Shown: positions 38,071-48,602, counted from the first letter of the stretch. The stretch is 57,941 bases of DNA from Candidatus Colwellbacteria bacterium CG10_big_fil_rev_8_21_14_0_10_42_22 (GCA_002773725.1 PFAH01000010.1:1-57941); one strand, 5' to 3'. Made by a program: numbers and translations. Notes: generated by a model from the letters alone, not told the origin.

Positions 38071-38496
38071 CTAGTCATCCCCACCGAAGAGGTCTTCCAG
38101 GAAGCCAATGATGTGCGGAGTTTCCGGTTCCGACCAGACCGCAATCCAGCCGGAGCGCAAACCCACGGAGGGCTTGTTCCACATCTTGTGCTCGTCCTTG
38201 AGAGCGGCCCAGAAAATGTTTCTGAGAATCTTCCCTTTTTCCTGGAGTTCATGAGCCTTGATAGCCAATCTCTCGGCTTGCTGAGTGTCCTGTGTGAAAT
38301 TTGCCTCAACGTTGATTTCCATTGAGGTCTTTATCCATCTAATGGCCGTCAGGTAGAGACGCCTCAGCTCATCACTGACTTCGCCGACAACATGGTCCCT
38401 ATCAGGATTCACATCGACCATGGGCTCAAACGGATTACCGGGATTGAGTTCAACGAGCTCCAACTCACTTGCGAGCAAATCTACCCAAATTGACAC
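38071..38496 (-). CDS. GC-rich orphan hypothetical protein
   Basis: 141 aa; GTG start after GGGGAG SD; upstream TTGACG. Confidence 0.8.
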   Translation of the reverse strand: MSIWVDLLASELELVELNPGNPFEPMVDVNPDRDHVVGEVSDELRRLYLTAIRWIKTSMEINVEANFTQDTQQAERLAIKAHELQEKGKILRNIFWAALKDEHKMWNKPSVGLRSGWIAVWSEPETPHIIGFLEDLFGGDD

Positions 38497-38563
38497 AATA
38501 CTCCCCTTTTTGTCTATGTCCTACTTTTAGGATTACAGATTTTATAAGTATTCGTCAAGTACT

Positions 38564-38911
38564 TTACCAATCCCGAGCCACGTTCGGCTCCCCCTTTGCG
38601 CCTACCAATCTCTTGATATCTTGTCCGCTAAACTTTTCGTTCAAAATATCTACGGCATAGACATTGTCTAGATACGTTGAAAAGACGTGCGCCTCTCTGC
38701 CTATATCTGCATCAATATACCCAATAACGTAATCTCTCGGTTTACTACTTTCCCTGTCGTCCCGTGGATAAATATCATACGGGGATATTTTTCTAATGGC
38801 CCACTGTTCTGTGGTTTCTTTCTTGAAAGAGATTTCCACCTTATTTCTACCCTGAATGGCTTTGATAATTTTCTCTTTAATGGCGGTTTTGTCGTCTATC
38901 ATTGAGCCCAT
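38564..38911 (-). CDS. Stand-alone WYL-like domain protein
   Basis: IIKAIQ..KVEISF....R.ISPYDI pattern; TATGAT 6 nt before ATG. Confidence 0.6.
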   Translation of the reverse strand: MGSMIDDKTAIKEKIIKAIQGRNKVEISFKKETTEQWAIRKISPYDIYPRDDRESSKPRDYVIGYIDADIGREAHVFSTYLDNVYAVDILNEKFSGQDIKRLVGAKGEPNVARDW

Positions 38912-38950
38912 GTTTAAATCATATCAAATAAAGCTTTTATATAAGATACA

Positions 38951-38979
38951 TTGACGGTTTACTACGTTTATTGTATTAA
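38951..38979 (+). promoter_or_regulatory. sigma70 promoter of the 39012-39573 unit
   Basis: TTGACG-17bp-TATTAA. Confidence 0.7.
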
Positions 38980-39011
38980 ATCTCTAGACCCTTTACTCGA
39001 AAGGAAGATGT

Positions 39012-39338
39012 ATGCCCTTCGTAACTATTCGTCGCAAAGAAGATGCACTCACTGACGGATCCGAGGGAACTCTCTCGGCGCTCTGCGACTTGTTAGAGGA
39101 GAAGTTGCCCTCGATTGTGGGTATGGGTGGCGGTATCGAATTCGACACCCCCTTCTTCGACAAATCGGCTCGTCACGTCCCCGACGTGCGGGTGGAAGTC
39201 GAAGGCCACGCTTATCTCGAACGCGACGAAGATCGGATTGCTAGCCAACTGCGGACCGCCATCGACTCTTCGGGAATCGTTCCCGAAGATGTTTTGTTGC
39301 AAATCGCGGTGAAACTCCCCCGCCTCGGCGTTGCTTAA
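39012..39338 (+). CDS. GC-rich orphan, possible tautomerase-superfamily fold
   Basis: Begins MPFVTI (Pro-1 after Met removal); beta-alpha-beta pattern repeated. Confidence 0.7.
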   Translation: MPFVTIRRKEDALTDGSEGTLSALCDLLEEKLPSIVGMGGGIEFDTPFFDKSARHVPDVRVEVEGHAYLERDEDRIASQLRTAIDSSGIVPEDVLLQIAVKLPRLGVA

Positions 39339-39360
39339 CAGCAACGAGGAGAAACTCCCT

Positions 39361-39573
39361 ATGGGTAAGAAGTTCAGGAAGATTTCTCTAAACGTCGACC
39401 CAGACGTTTATAAGGAACTACAAGCTCGAGGTGACATCCGCAACGTCTCGGATTACATCAGGAAGAGGATGGATCCCAAATGGGGCAACTTCAATCTCAG
39501 CGAGGGTGAACGATTGTTCGTCGTTGACCAAGACGGCAACCCTCTTCGCGAGATTGTTTTCCTCTATCTCTAA
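39361..39573 (+). CDS. GC-rich orphan, ribbon-helix-helix-like
   Basis: RKISLNVDPDVYKEL....NVSDYIRK; GAGGAG SD; start trimmed to MGKKF. Confidence 0.65.
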   Translation: MGKKFRKISLNVDPDVYKELQARGDIRNVSDYIRKRMDPKWGNFNLSEGERLFVVDQDGNPLREIVFLYL

Positions 39574-39706
39574 CCCCGTTCCCCGAACAAAGCAGTACGG
39601 CTTCGTGAGGGGGCGGGGTCGTATTGTTTTTGAATATTCTAATCTCCCACTGGACGACGCTAGAATTTATCTGTTATACATATAAAACCGAAGAGAGGAG
39701 TATTGC

Positions 39707-40066
39707 ATGGCCTTTGACACGACTAGGTTCACCGAAGAGTCCATCCTCGAAACCGCTGACATCTACAGGCGAATTGAGGCCCTCCAACAGGAATCAGCCA
39801 ATCGTCACACAGATGAGTTGAAGCTCCATAGTGGAGGATTCGGTGATTCGCCAGATCTTCAGGAACTGATTCACTTCGTCATCAAGACCCTTGAGGGAAA
39901 TGGTCTTGAACCATCTTTCGAGATGGTGATGATGATTCTCTGGGAAAGAGGTCTATACAAGGGAACCTTCAGGAGTGCGTACTCGAGGATGCTGGACCAA
40001 GGGCTTCTCGGCACACACGGAGATTGCATCCTCCACATCCCCATACTCGAGGAGGTGAGAAGGTGA
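39707..40066 (+). CDS. GC-rich orphan hypothetical protein
   Basis: 119 aa; GAGGAG SD. Confidence 0.75.
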   Translation: MAFDTTRFTEESILETADIYRRIEALQQESANRHTDELKLHSGGFGDSPDLQELIHFVIKTLEGNGLEPSFEMVMMILWERGLYKGTFRSAYSRMLDQGLLGTHGDCILHIPILEEVRR

Positions 40067-40314
40067 CCACCAACACAAAGATGGACGAAGTAATCGAATT
40101 CGTTGCCTCTGTGGCAACCGACGTTGTCAACGCATACAGCGGTGATCCTGTTGGTTGGGCAGATCTTGAGATCGATCTGACCATATGGCTCATGAGGGAG
40201 ACGGATCTTGGACCACTCGATGCTGCAGATGTTGCCAATAGAAGCATCTGGCACGGCATCAACACCGGGAGGATGAACTTCCACCTCGGAGACCTCAGTC
40301 CTGCTACAACCTAA
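40063..40314 (+). CDS. GC-rich orphan hypothetical protein
   Basis: GTG start overlaps the upstream stop; AGGAGGTGA SD. Confidence 0.7.
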   Translation: MTTNTKMDEVIEFVASVATDVVNAYSGDPVGWADLEIDLTIWLMRETDLGPLDAADVANRSIWHGINTGRMNFHLGDLSPATT

Positions 40315-40365
40315 CACAACCCCCATCGCCAACGAAGATTCCCTCTTCGGCTCGGCGTCGGGGGT

Positions 40366-40405
40366 TTCTTCGTTTTTAGATATTCAAAAACTACTAATCC
40401 TCCAC
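40366..40405 (+). repeat. Conserved post-terminator motif, copy A
   Basis: TTCTTCGTTTTTAGATATTCAAAAACTACTAATCCTCCAC; similar to 50463-50502 and 39624-39650. Confidence 0.75.
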
Positions 40406-40407
40406 CA

Positions 40408-40442
40408 AAAAGAATGATGCCACGCTGGTTGCGTGGCATCTG
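40408..40442 (-). repeat. 35-bp terminator-type repeat, copy 2
   Basis: Identical to 38021-38055. Confidence 0.9.
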
Positions 40443-40451
40443 AGTGGGCTC

Positions 40452-40694
40452 CTATGAGGCCGTGGTAACGACAATGGGCTCTGGATCTATCACTCGCATA
40501 CATCCCCAAGGCGCGAACGCCAGTCTCGAATAGTTTCCCGAAACAAGGCTGGCGTTTGCAAAAGAGATGTCGCCGGAAGTGAATCCATCCGCCTCCAATG
40601 CTTCAATCTCGTCGAGAATGGGAAACGGTTCATCGCCGTAGAGCTCCACAATCTTCGCCAGAATCTTGTTGATAGTTGCCAGGTCATGAGCCAT
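40452..40694 (-). CDS. GC-rich orphan hypothetical protein
   Basis: 80 aa from MAHDL; GGAGG SD. Confidence 0.7.
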   Translation of the reverse strand: MAHDLATINKILAKIVELYGDEPFPILDEIEALEADGFTSGDISFANASLVSGNYSRLAFAPWGCMRVIDPEPIVVTTAS

Positions 40695-40826
40695 AGCTTT
40701 CCTCCAAGGTGCAATCTTCTTATTCAAACTATACACAAAAAAAGCGGTATACCGCAAAACTTTACTAATCTCTCGTCAAAAAATCCCATGTGCACCATCC
40801 CATCTTTGACGGAGGGATTCTTTGAA

Positions 40827-41255
40827 TTAATCTAGATAATCTCTTACTTCTTTTAATACGGCTCTCGCTTCTTCGTGCGTTAATATGTCTTGAGCTTCAT
40901 CAAATGAGACCCACTTTGATTCTTCTATCTCTTCTGTCGGGTCTGGGGCAATCTCTTTATCAATAGTCGAAACAATTCCCACAAAATACGTAACCGTTTT
41001 ATCGTACATGTTGCCATCTCTAGGAAATGAATATTCTTCTACAAATTTATTGCCAAAATCAATCTCAACCTCGCTAATTCCAGTTTCCTCCAAAAGCTCT
41101 CTTCGCGCGGTTTGTTCAATCGATTCCCCTTCTTCTGCATGACCTTTAGGGAAAGCCCAGTGGTCACCTTTGTGTTTGATAATGAGGATTTTTGTTGATT
41201 CATCCCCTTTCTTAAACACTGGGATGACTCCCATTGATTCGTCTTTGATAGTCAT
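40827..41255 (-). CDS. NUDIX hydrolase (Ap4A hydrolase-like)
   Basis: HWAFPKGH..EGES..QTARRELLEETG Nudix box. Confidence 0.92.
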   Translation of the reverse strand: MTIKDESMGVIPVFKKGDESTKILIIKHKGDHWAFPKGHAEEGESIEQTARRELLEETGISEVEIDFGNKFVEEYSFPRDGNMYDKTVTYFVGIVSTIDKEIAPDPTEEIEESKWVSFDEAQDILTHEEARAVLKEVRDYLD

Positions 41256-41308
41256 GCCTAAATTCTACACCCAAAAACGTGAAAACCGCCTTTGAGCGGT
41301 TAATCTGC

Positions 41309-41341
41309 GTAGAGGGAGAAGCTCGATGCTTCTCCCTCTAC
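41309..41341 (-). terminator. 14-bp perfect hairpin downstream of ORF 41349-41708
   Basis: GTAGAGGGAGAAGC-TCGAT-GCTTCTCCCTCTAC; second hairpin at 41282-41301. Confidence 0.7.
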
Positions 41342-41348
41342 GACTTCC

Positions 41349-41708
41349 CTAGCTGCTAGTACCCACCCTCTCTCCAGGGTAGATGAACAGCATCACCTGG
41401 GCGATGCCGAGAAGGAAGATCCCAACGACGACGAACGCTGCCGAGAGTTCCTCCACTGCAATCGAGGCAACGAAGGTTGCGGAGGGCAACCCCAGAAGCA
41501 CGAATGTCGCCGAAGAGCGAAGTAGTTGGTCGTCCTCCTTCGACACAATCCCGAGAAAGGCCCACGCGAGGACAATGACGAAAATCACCGTCAAATCCCA
41601 CGCGAGAAAGTCCTCTCCGTTCGCGAATGCTTCCTTCGCTCCCGAAGGGAGGCATCCAATGAACACCATCGCCACGAAAAAGACGAGCCTGTACGTCAAC
41701 GAGAACAT
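41349..41708 (-). CDS. GC-rich orphan membrane protein (~4 TM)
   Basis: Hydrophobic 119 aa; GGGAGGT SD. Confidence 0.75.
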   Translation of the reverse strand: MFSLTYRLVFFVAMVFIGCLPSGAKEAFANGEDFLAWDLTVIFVIVLAWAFLGIVSKEDDQLLRSSATFVLLGLPSATFVASIAVEELSAAFVVVGIFLLGIAQVMLFIYPGERVGTSS

Positions 41709-41739
41709 TTTGACCTCCCGGTCATTGGTCTAGGAACTG

Positions 41740-41793
41740 GATTTCAACTCCTATCCCAAACCACATTTATAATCTGGGATAGGAGTTGAAATC
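41740..41793. repeat. Perfect 19-bp inverted repeat
   Basis: GATTTCAACTCCTATCCCA-16nt-TGGGATAGGAGTTGAAATC. Confidence 0.9.
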
Positions 41794-41824
41794 AAGTGTA
41801 GATAGCTTAAAGAACTGTGAATGC

Positions 41825-41853
41825 ATTATACCACGATATACTTCATTCGTCAA
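41825..41853 (-). promoter_or_regulatory. Consensus sigma70 promoter
   Basis: TTGACG-17bp-TATAAT with extended -10 TG. Confidence 0.8.
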
Positions 41854-41997
41854 TATCAACTCCAAATCCCCCGTCAAAAAAAATCATTTTTCAAAAATTT
41901 AGAAATCTAATGAATAATCAAATTATTCAATGATAAAGAAAATCCAGTTATTGGAGCTGAATTATTTTGTTTCTGAGAAAATGTGTGGAGTGAACCC

Positions 41998-43017
41998 CTA
42001 ATCCACCCCATAAGGCCTATAAACCTCAGGGTCTATGGTCCTCTCAAAACAAGCCCTCCCCTCCTCATGATCCCAAGAATCATTCGTACCTCCCGGCCAT
42101 GGATAAGAAATCGCCATATCTTCTATGTACCCTCCTTTCCCGCCCATCGGCACTATGCCTCCCCCGCGATAGTACTCCACCCAACCTTCCGGCATTGGCT
42201 TAGTAAAGGTGGCGCAAAGCTCAAAAGTAAGGGGCTTAAGGGCATTGTATTCATATGTCCTACCCTTTTCAAATTCCGGATCAACCGGTAGAGAATATCC
42301 CTGCAGAGGGTCCTTTAGGTCATTTAATGTTTTCGGCAACACTTCTTTATTCTGCCAATAACTCACTATCTGCCATTGAATATTCTGTAAATCCTCAATA
42401 CGTCTTTGATCAAGACGAAGCGCCCTCTGCTCCATGGGCGATCCGATTATCATAAAAGCTCCTATCACGGCTGATGTCACAAACACCACCGCAAGAGTTA
42501 GGCACAAAATGCGAACTGCTTTCCTTTTTTCTGTGTTTTTAAGCTCATAGAGGTAATAAAGACCCACCACTAGTGCTGTTACCAAGGTCGCTGCCACCTT
42601 AAGTAAAAAGCGAGTTGTAATCTCTCCCTCCACGAAATAGCGCACCAAAGTGATTAGGTCAACAACTATGGTAATAGTTGCTAGAAAGACAATGAGATAG
42701 AGCATCCATTTTTTTATCACTAAATCAACTCGCCCCAACCTGCCCTTGAGCATTTTGGTCCAAAAGTAAGAAGCCAGAATAAAAACAGGGAAAATAACTA
42801 AGAGTGTCGCAAGCGCCGACCGCATAGCAGACAGCTCGTATGGATTGTATCCATATTGATAATCCGCATTTAGGACATCTGGAAACTTTTTATTCAAAAC
42901 CCCAAAAACAACATTTAGAAATGAAGTAACGGTGGTAATGAGCCATACAAGAATAAAAAGCGAAGTAAAGAAAAACTTCGGGCTCAACTTCGGCTGATGT
43001 TCTACCGCTTCTTCCAT
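41998..43017 (-). CDS. Membrane protein, DUF5671-like, with C-terminal pseudopilin-like domain
   Basis: Five TM segments followed by RIEDLQNIQ..LP..L..L..P.DP...YEY....FELCATF. Confidence 0.7.
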   Translation of the reverse strand: MEEAVEHQPKLSPKFFFTSLFILVWLITTVTSFLNVVFGVLNKKFPDVLNADYQYGYNPYELSAMRSALATLLVIFPVFILASYFWTKMLKGRLGRVDLVIKKWMLYLIVFLATITIVVDLITLVRYFVEGEITTRFLLKVAATLVTALVVGLYYLYELKNTEKRKAVRILCLTLAVVFVTSAVIGAFMIIGSPMEQRALRLDQRRIEDLQNIQWQIVSYWQNKEVLPKTLNDLKDPLQGYSLPVDPEFEKGRTYEYNALKPLTFELCATFTKPMPEGWVEYYRGGGIVPMGGKGGYIEDMAISYPWPGGTNDSWDHEEGRACFERTIDPEVYRPYGVD

Positions 43018-43048
43018 ATACCTACTTATTATATCCCACTTCGCTAAA

Positions 43049-43068
43049 CCTGCCTACCGGCAGGCAGG
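43049..43068. repeat. 20-bp REP-like palindrome nested in a CTTCGCTAAA/GCTACG element
   Basis: Reverse complement of 17909-17928; flanks CTTCGCTAAA and GCTACGAGG. Confidence 0.85.
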
Positions 43069-43086
43069 GCTACGAGGGACAGGCAC

Positions 43087-44079
43087 CTAGAACCACGTGG
43101 TATCAGATAAACCAAAATGCCCTGCTCCTGCAGTTTTTTGGTATTGAGACTTCTTAAGATCTAGAAGTTTGATGATTCCTTGCGGGGTTAAATCGTATTC
43201 GGTGATTGTTTCCTTTCTCTTTTCCACCCGCCCCTGCGGGTCGAGGTAAATCAATTCTGCCTCTGCAGAGACAGGATCTACTACCCCGATCACATACGCT
43301 AGATGAACAACCACTTCCTTAGCGTTTCTCTCTTTTAGTAAATCTACCGCGATCTTGCGTGCCATGTAGGCGCCACTTCTATCCACTTTTGTTGGATCCT
43401 TACCTGAAAAACTTCCGCCCCCAACCGGCACATATGGTCCGTAATTATCAATAATTATCTTTCTGCCCGATAAACCTGAATCCGCCTCAAAACCGCCTAT
43501 ATGCCACTCTCCTGCGGGATTTATGTGATACTTGTCCGCTTTTATGAATTCACGTACAAGCGTCTCTAAATCAACTGTTTTGGTGTTTTGGAAACTAGCC
43601 ACAACGTCTGTCACTTTGTTTTTGTCAATCGTCACCTGTGTTTTGCCATCGAATGGATATCTCTTATATATATCCCTACACAAATTTCTCGCTAGTTCAT
43701 ATCCATACGGCATGAAGTTTTCCGTTTCGCTACACGCATAGCCCACCATAATGCCCTGATCACCCGCTCCGCCCGTATCTACTCCACGAGCAATCTCGGG
43801 GCTTTGTTTGGAAATAAATACTTCTACGTCGTAACTCGCTCTCGCTCCGCTCGGTCGAGACGGATCCGTCTCTACAACTTCGCGGGCGATTTTGGGGATA
43901 TCTACTTCGGCGCTACTTGTCACTTCCCCCGTGACTTTGATTTTCCCATGCCCCCCCATCACCTCTACTGCTACCCGTGCCTCCGGATCTTTTTCTAAAT
44001 AGGCATCCAAAATACTATCGGCTATTTGGTCGCAGATTTTATCCGGGTGTTTGGGTGAAACGAATTCGTATGTTTGCAT
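43087..44079 (-). CDS. metK: S-adenosylmethionine synthetase
   Basis: HPDKICDQ, GAGDQG, SGLSGRKIIIDNYG and GGGSFSGKDPTKVDRSGAY motifs. Confidence 0.96.
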   Translation of the reverse strand: MQTYEFVSPKHPDKICDQIADSILDAYLEKDPEARVAVEVMGGHGKIKVTGEVTSSAEVDIPKIAREVVETDPSRPSGARASYDVEVFISKQSPEIARGVDTGGAGDQGIMVGYACSETENFMPYGYELARNLCRDIYKRYPFDGKTQVTIDKNKVTDVVASFQNTKTVDLETLVREFIKADKYHINPAGEWHIGGFEADSGLSGRKIIIDNYGPYVPVGGGSFSGKDPTKVDRSGAYMARKIAVDLLKERNAKEVVVHLAYVIGVVDPVSAEAELIYLDPQGRVEKRKETITEYDLTPQGIIKLLDLKKSQYQKTAGAGHFGLSDTTWF

Positions 44080-44269
44080 ATTTGTTTTTGTTTTATGTTT
44101 TTTATTTAGTGCATGCGCAGGCAATGCATCTTGATGAACATCCCGCATGGCTTTGCGCTCAGTTCAGGCAAAGCCCGAGGGCGAAGAAATTTTTGTCGCT
44201 GAAACAAAAATATTCTGTTTCTAAGAGATATATCGCTTGCGTATTTTTCGGCAAATAAAATGCCGACAT

Positions 44270-44400
44270 TTTTATCCTTTCGACAAACTCTGGGCAAGCA
44301 GAGCAAGTCGAGTTTTGGTAAGCACCTTCTCGGTTCGTCATTTCCGAGGGTTGCCGGGTAGGTCACAGAGCCAATTCTCTTACTACCTCTCGCGATAAAT
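44270..44400 (-). ncRNA. SAM-I riboswitch
   Basis: Minus strand UUAUC-GCGAG-AGGUAG..GAGA..UGGCUCUGUGA-CCUACC-CGGCAACC..AAGGUGCU..GGAUAA, upstream of metK. Confidence 0.85.
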
Positions 44401-44448
44401 CGCAATATTCAATTATCTTTCTACTTTATATTATTTTGTCTTGTTCTT

Positions 44449-46464
<2,016 letters not shown>

Positions 46465-46551
46465 TTAAATTATACCTAAATCACGGGGTTAAAACAAGTT
46501 AAAAACCGACTCTAAAAGCCAGTTTTTAAGCCAAATTTAGACCTTTTTCAC

Positions 46552-48453
46552 CTATCTTATTTCAAAGGGTATTTTTTTCTTCAAACGAGAGACAATTCTA
46601 TTGAACTCCTCCGTTACTTCGGAGTCCTTGAGAGTGCGTTTATCTGACTGGAAAATAATTCTAAATGTCAGATGTTGGGGGTCATAGTAGTCAATGAGGT
46701 CAACATCCACCACATCCTTTGCTCCAGCGAGGTCTATCTCTGCCAAGATCTCCCCCACAGATACCTGCTGTTTAAGCGCTAGGGAAAGATCTCTAATAAC
46801 AGCCGGATATTTTGAGATGGGTCGATATTCGCGCTCACCTTGCTCCTGACGCATCAGTTCTTCTGCCTCAAGTTCTGCAAAAGCAGTATCTCTTTTTCCG
46901 TGCCAGATTCTACCCAAGACCCTGTTGCTCGTTTTAATAGTTAATTCTTTTTTCTCGGGCACTAGGGTGAAATCGCTAAGCCCTAAACCTTTTAGAAGTT
47001 CCTCAACCGCTCCTTTCAATTCTAAGAATGATTTTTCCGGCTTTGATTTGATAGCCAAACCTAGAGAGAATCGCTCACCCGCTCTCAAGTCAAAGACGCT
47101 ACCTATCTCAAAAAGACGAATTTCGCTAGAGAAGCGTGCGTTGTCTCCTAGGTTTTGTTCCAAATTGTCTGCAAGGGTTTGACGTAAGTATTTTTTATCT
47201 TCAGCTAGGGGTTTTTCAAATTCATAAGCGGTGGACGTCCCATTTTTGGCAAAGACGTAGTTATAAACTTCTGTGTAGCCAATGCCTGTTAAGATGCGTC
47301 TCAATTGATCTTTAAATATGGTGATATCCTGCTCTTTGGCTGGAGTAATACTTATGTGGGGCGCTCGGGACTTCAGCTCATTAATCCCGTAGAGGCGCAC
47401 CACTTCTTCCACCAGGTCTTCGAAAATAGATACATCCCGACGCAGGGGTGGCACTTCTACCATAAATTCATGCCTTTCACTCTTGCTCTTGAAAGGTGTC
47501 TTTTTAAAGCCGAGTTTTTTAAGAGTGTTCCAGGCATCGTTGGCCGAAAACTCAAGTCCGGTTAAACTATTAAACTTATCTATATCGAATCCGATAATTT
47601 CTCTGCTTTGCTTTTTGGGATATACATCTAGACAATCTAATAACTTTGCACCCGCCACCTCTTGAAGTAATGTGGCCGCTCGATTAAGACCAATCTCAAC
47701 AAGCTCCGGACTAAGTCCATGTCCAAACCTGATAGACGCATCGGTAATAAGCCCCAATCTCTTGGATGTTTTATAAATCGCTACCTGATCAAAGTTGGCT
47801 GACTCAACCACAATGGTTCTGGTCTTGGCGCCTATTTCAGCTGGCTTGCCTCCCTTAATACCAGCAATGGCTTGAGCCCTTACCTTGTCGGCTATGACAA
47901 TATCGTCTTTGGATAACTTAAACTCCTGATCGTCTATGGTGGTGATTTTCTCGCCCACCTTAGCGCGTCTCACGTGAATTGCTCCTTCTAATTTATCTGC
48001 ATCAAACGCATGCATGGGTTGACCTATTTCCAACATGACGTAGTTTAAAATATCCACTACTGGAGAAATTGGTCTTAATCCGCAATCAGTCAAGATTTGC
48101 ACCATCCAAGAAGGGGTCTTGTCGTTCTTGCCAAGCTCAAATACGCAAGCGCCGTAGCGTGGACAGTCGTCTTTATTATCTATCTTGATATTAACCAAGC
48201 CCTTTGACTTGGCGGGAAAAACTGATGCTAGTTCTGGCTCTACAAGCTTTTTATCTGTAATGATGGCGTATTCTCTGGCCACTCCTAAGTGAGAAGCAGA
48301 ATCGGCGTAGCGATTATGGGGTATCTCTGAGTCAAAAACACTGCCTGGTGCATCCTCCGTTTCAAAAGCACGCATACTAAGCTCTTCTATGACGTGCTGT
48401 TTACTTCCCACTTCCGGCACTAATCTTTTGATTGAGTTATAAGAGAATTTCAT
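46552..48453 (-). CDS. pheT: Phenylalanine--tRNA ligase beta subunit (no B2 OB domain)
   Basis: GQPMHAFDADK, RFGHGL, EDLVEEVVRLYG and YPAVIRDLS motifs; start at MKFSY. Confidence 0.93.
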   Translation of the reverse strand: MKFSYNSIKRLVPEVGSKQHVIEELSMRAFETEDAPGSVFDSEIPHNRYADSASHLGVAREYAIITDKKLVEPELASVFPAKSKGLVNIKIDNKDDCPRYGACVFELGKNDKTPSWMVQILTDCGLRPISPVVDILNYVMLEIGQPMHAFDADKLEGAIHVRRAKVGEKITTIDDQEFKLSKDDIVIADKVRAQAIAGIKGGKPAEIGAKTRTIVVESANFDQVAIYKTSKRLGLITDASIRFGHGLSPELVEIGLNRAATLLQEVAGAKLLDCLDVYPKKQSREIIGFDIDKFNSLTGLEFSANDAWNTLKKLGFKKTPFKSKSERHEFMVEVPPLRRDVSIFEDLVEEVVRLYGINELKSRAPHISITPAKEQDITIFKDQLRRILTGIGYTEVYNYVFAKNGTSTAYEFEKPLAEDKKYLRQTLADNLEQNLGDNARFSSEIRLFEIGSVFDLRAGERFSLGLAIKSKPEKSFLELKGAVEELLKGLGLSDFTLVPEKKELTIKTSNRVLGRIWHGKRDTAFAELEAEELMRQEQGEREYRPISKYPAVIRDLSLALKQQVSVGEILAEIDLAGAKDVVDVDLIDYYDPQHLTFRIIFQSDKRTLKDSEVTEEFNRIVSRLKKKIPFEIR

Positions 48454-48594
48454 CCGAACACCTAATGAGCTTTTAGGTTCTCGCACGAGAACCTCATAGA
48501 CCGGCTCGACGGAATGCCTGTCTGTTGCTGTATTTTATGCATTATGTTTTTCATATTTCTAACTTAATTAACGAAGCTTATTAGGTGTCCGGAT
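48452..48594. mobile_element. MITE-like 143-bp element with 21-bp terminal inverted repeats
   Basis: Terminal IRs match 19/21; flanked by duplicated ATGA/GA on the minus strand; removal restores TAA-TGAC-ATGAAATTC. Confidence 0.7.
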
Positions 48595-48602
48595 TCATGT
48601 CA

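Noticed and set aside
37971-38309. Long N-terminal extension of SecE
   Set aside because: Read-through across a terminator and another gene; the true start is at 37970.
44106-44405. ORFs over the metK leader
   Set aside because: They overlap the SAM-I riboswitch and show no protein features.
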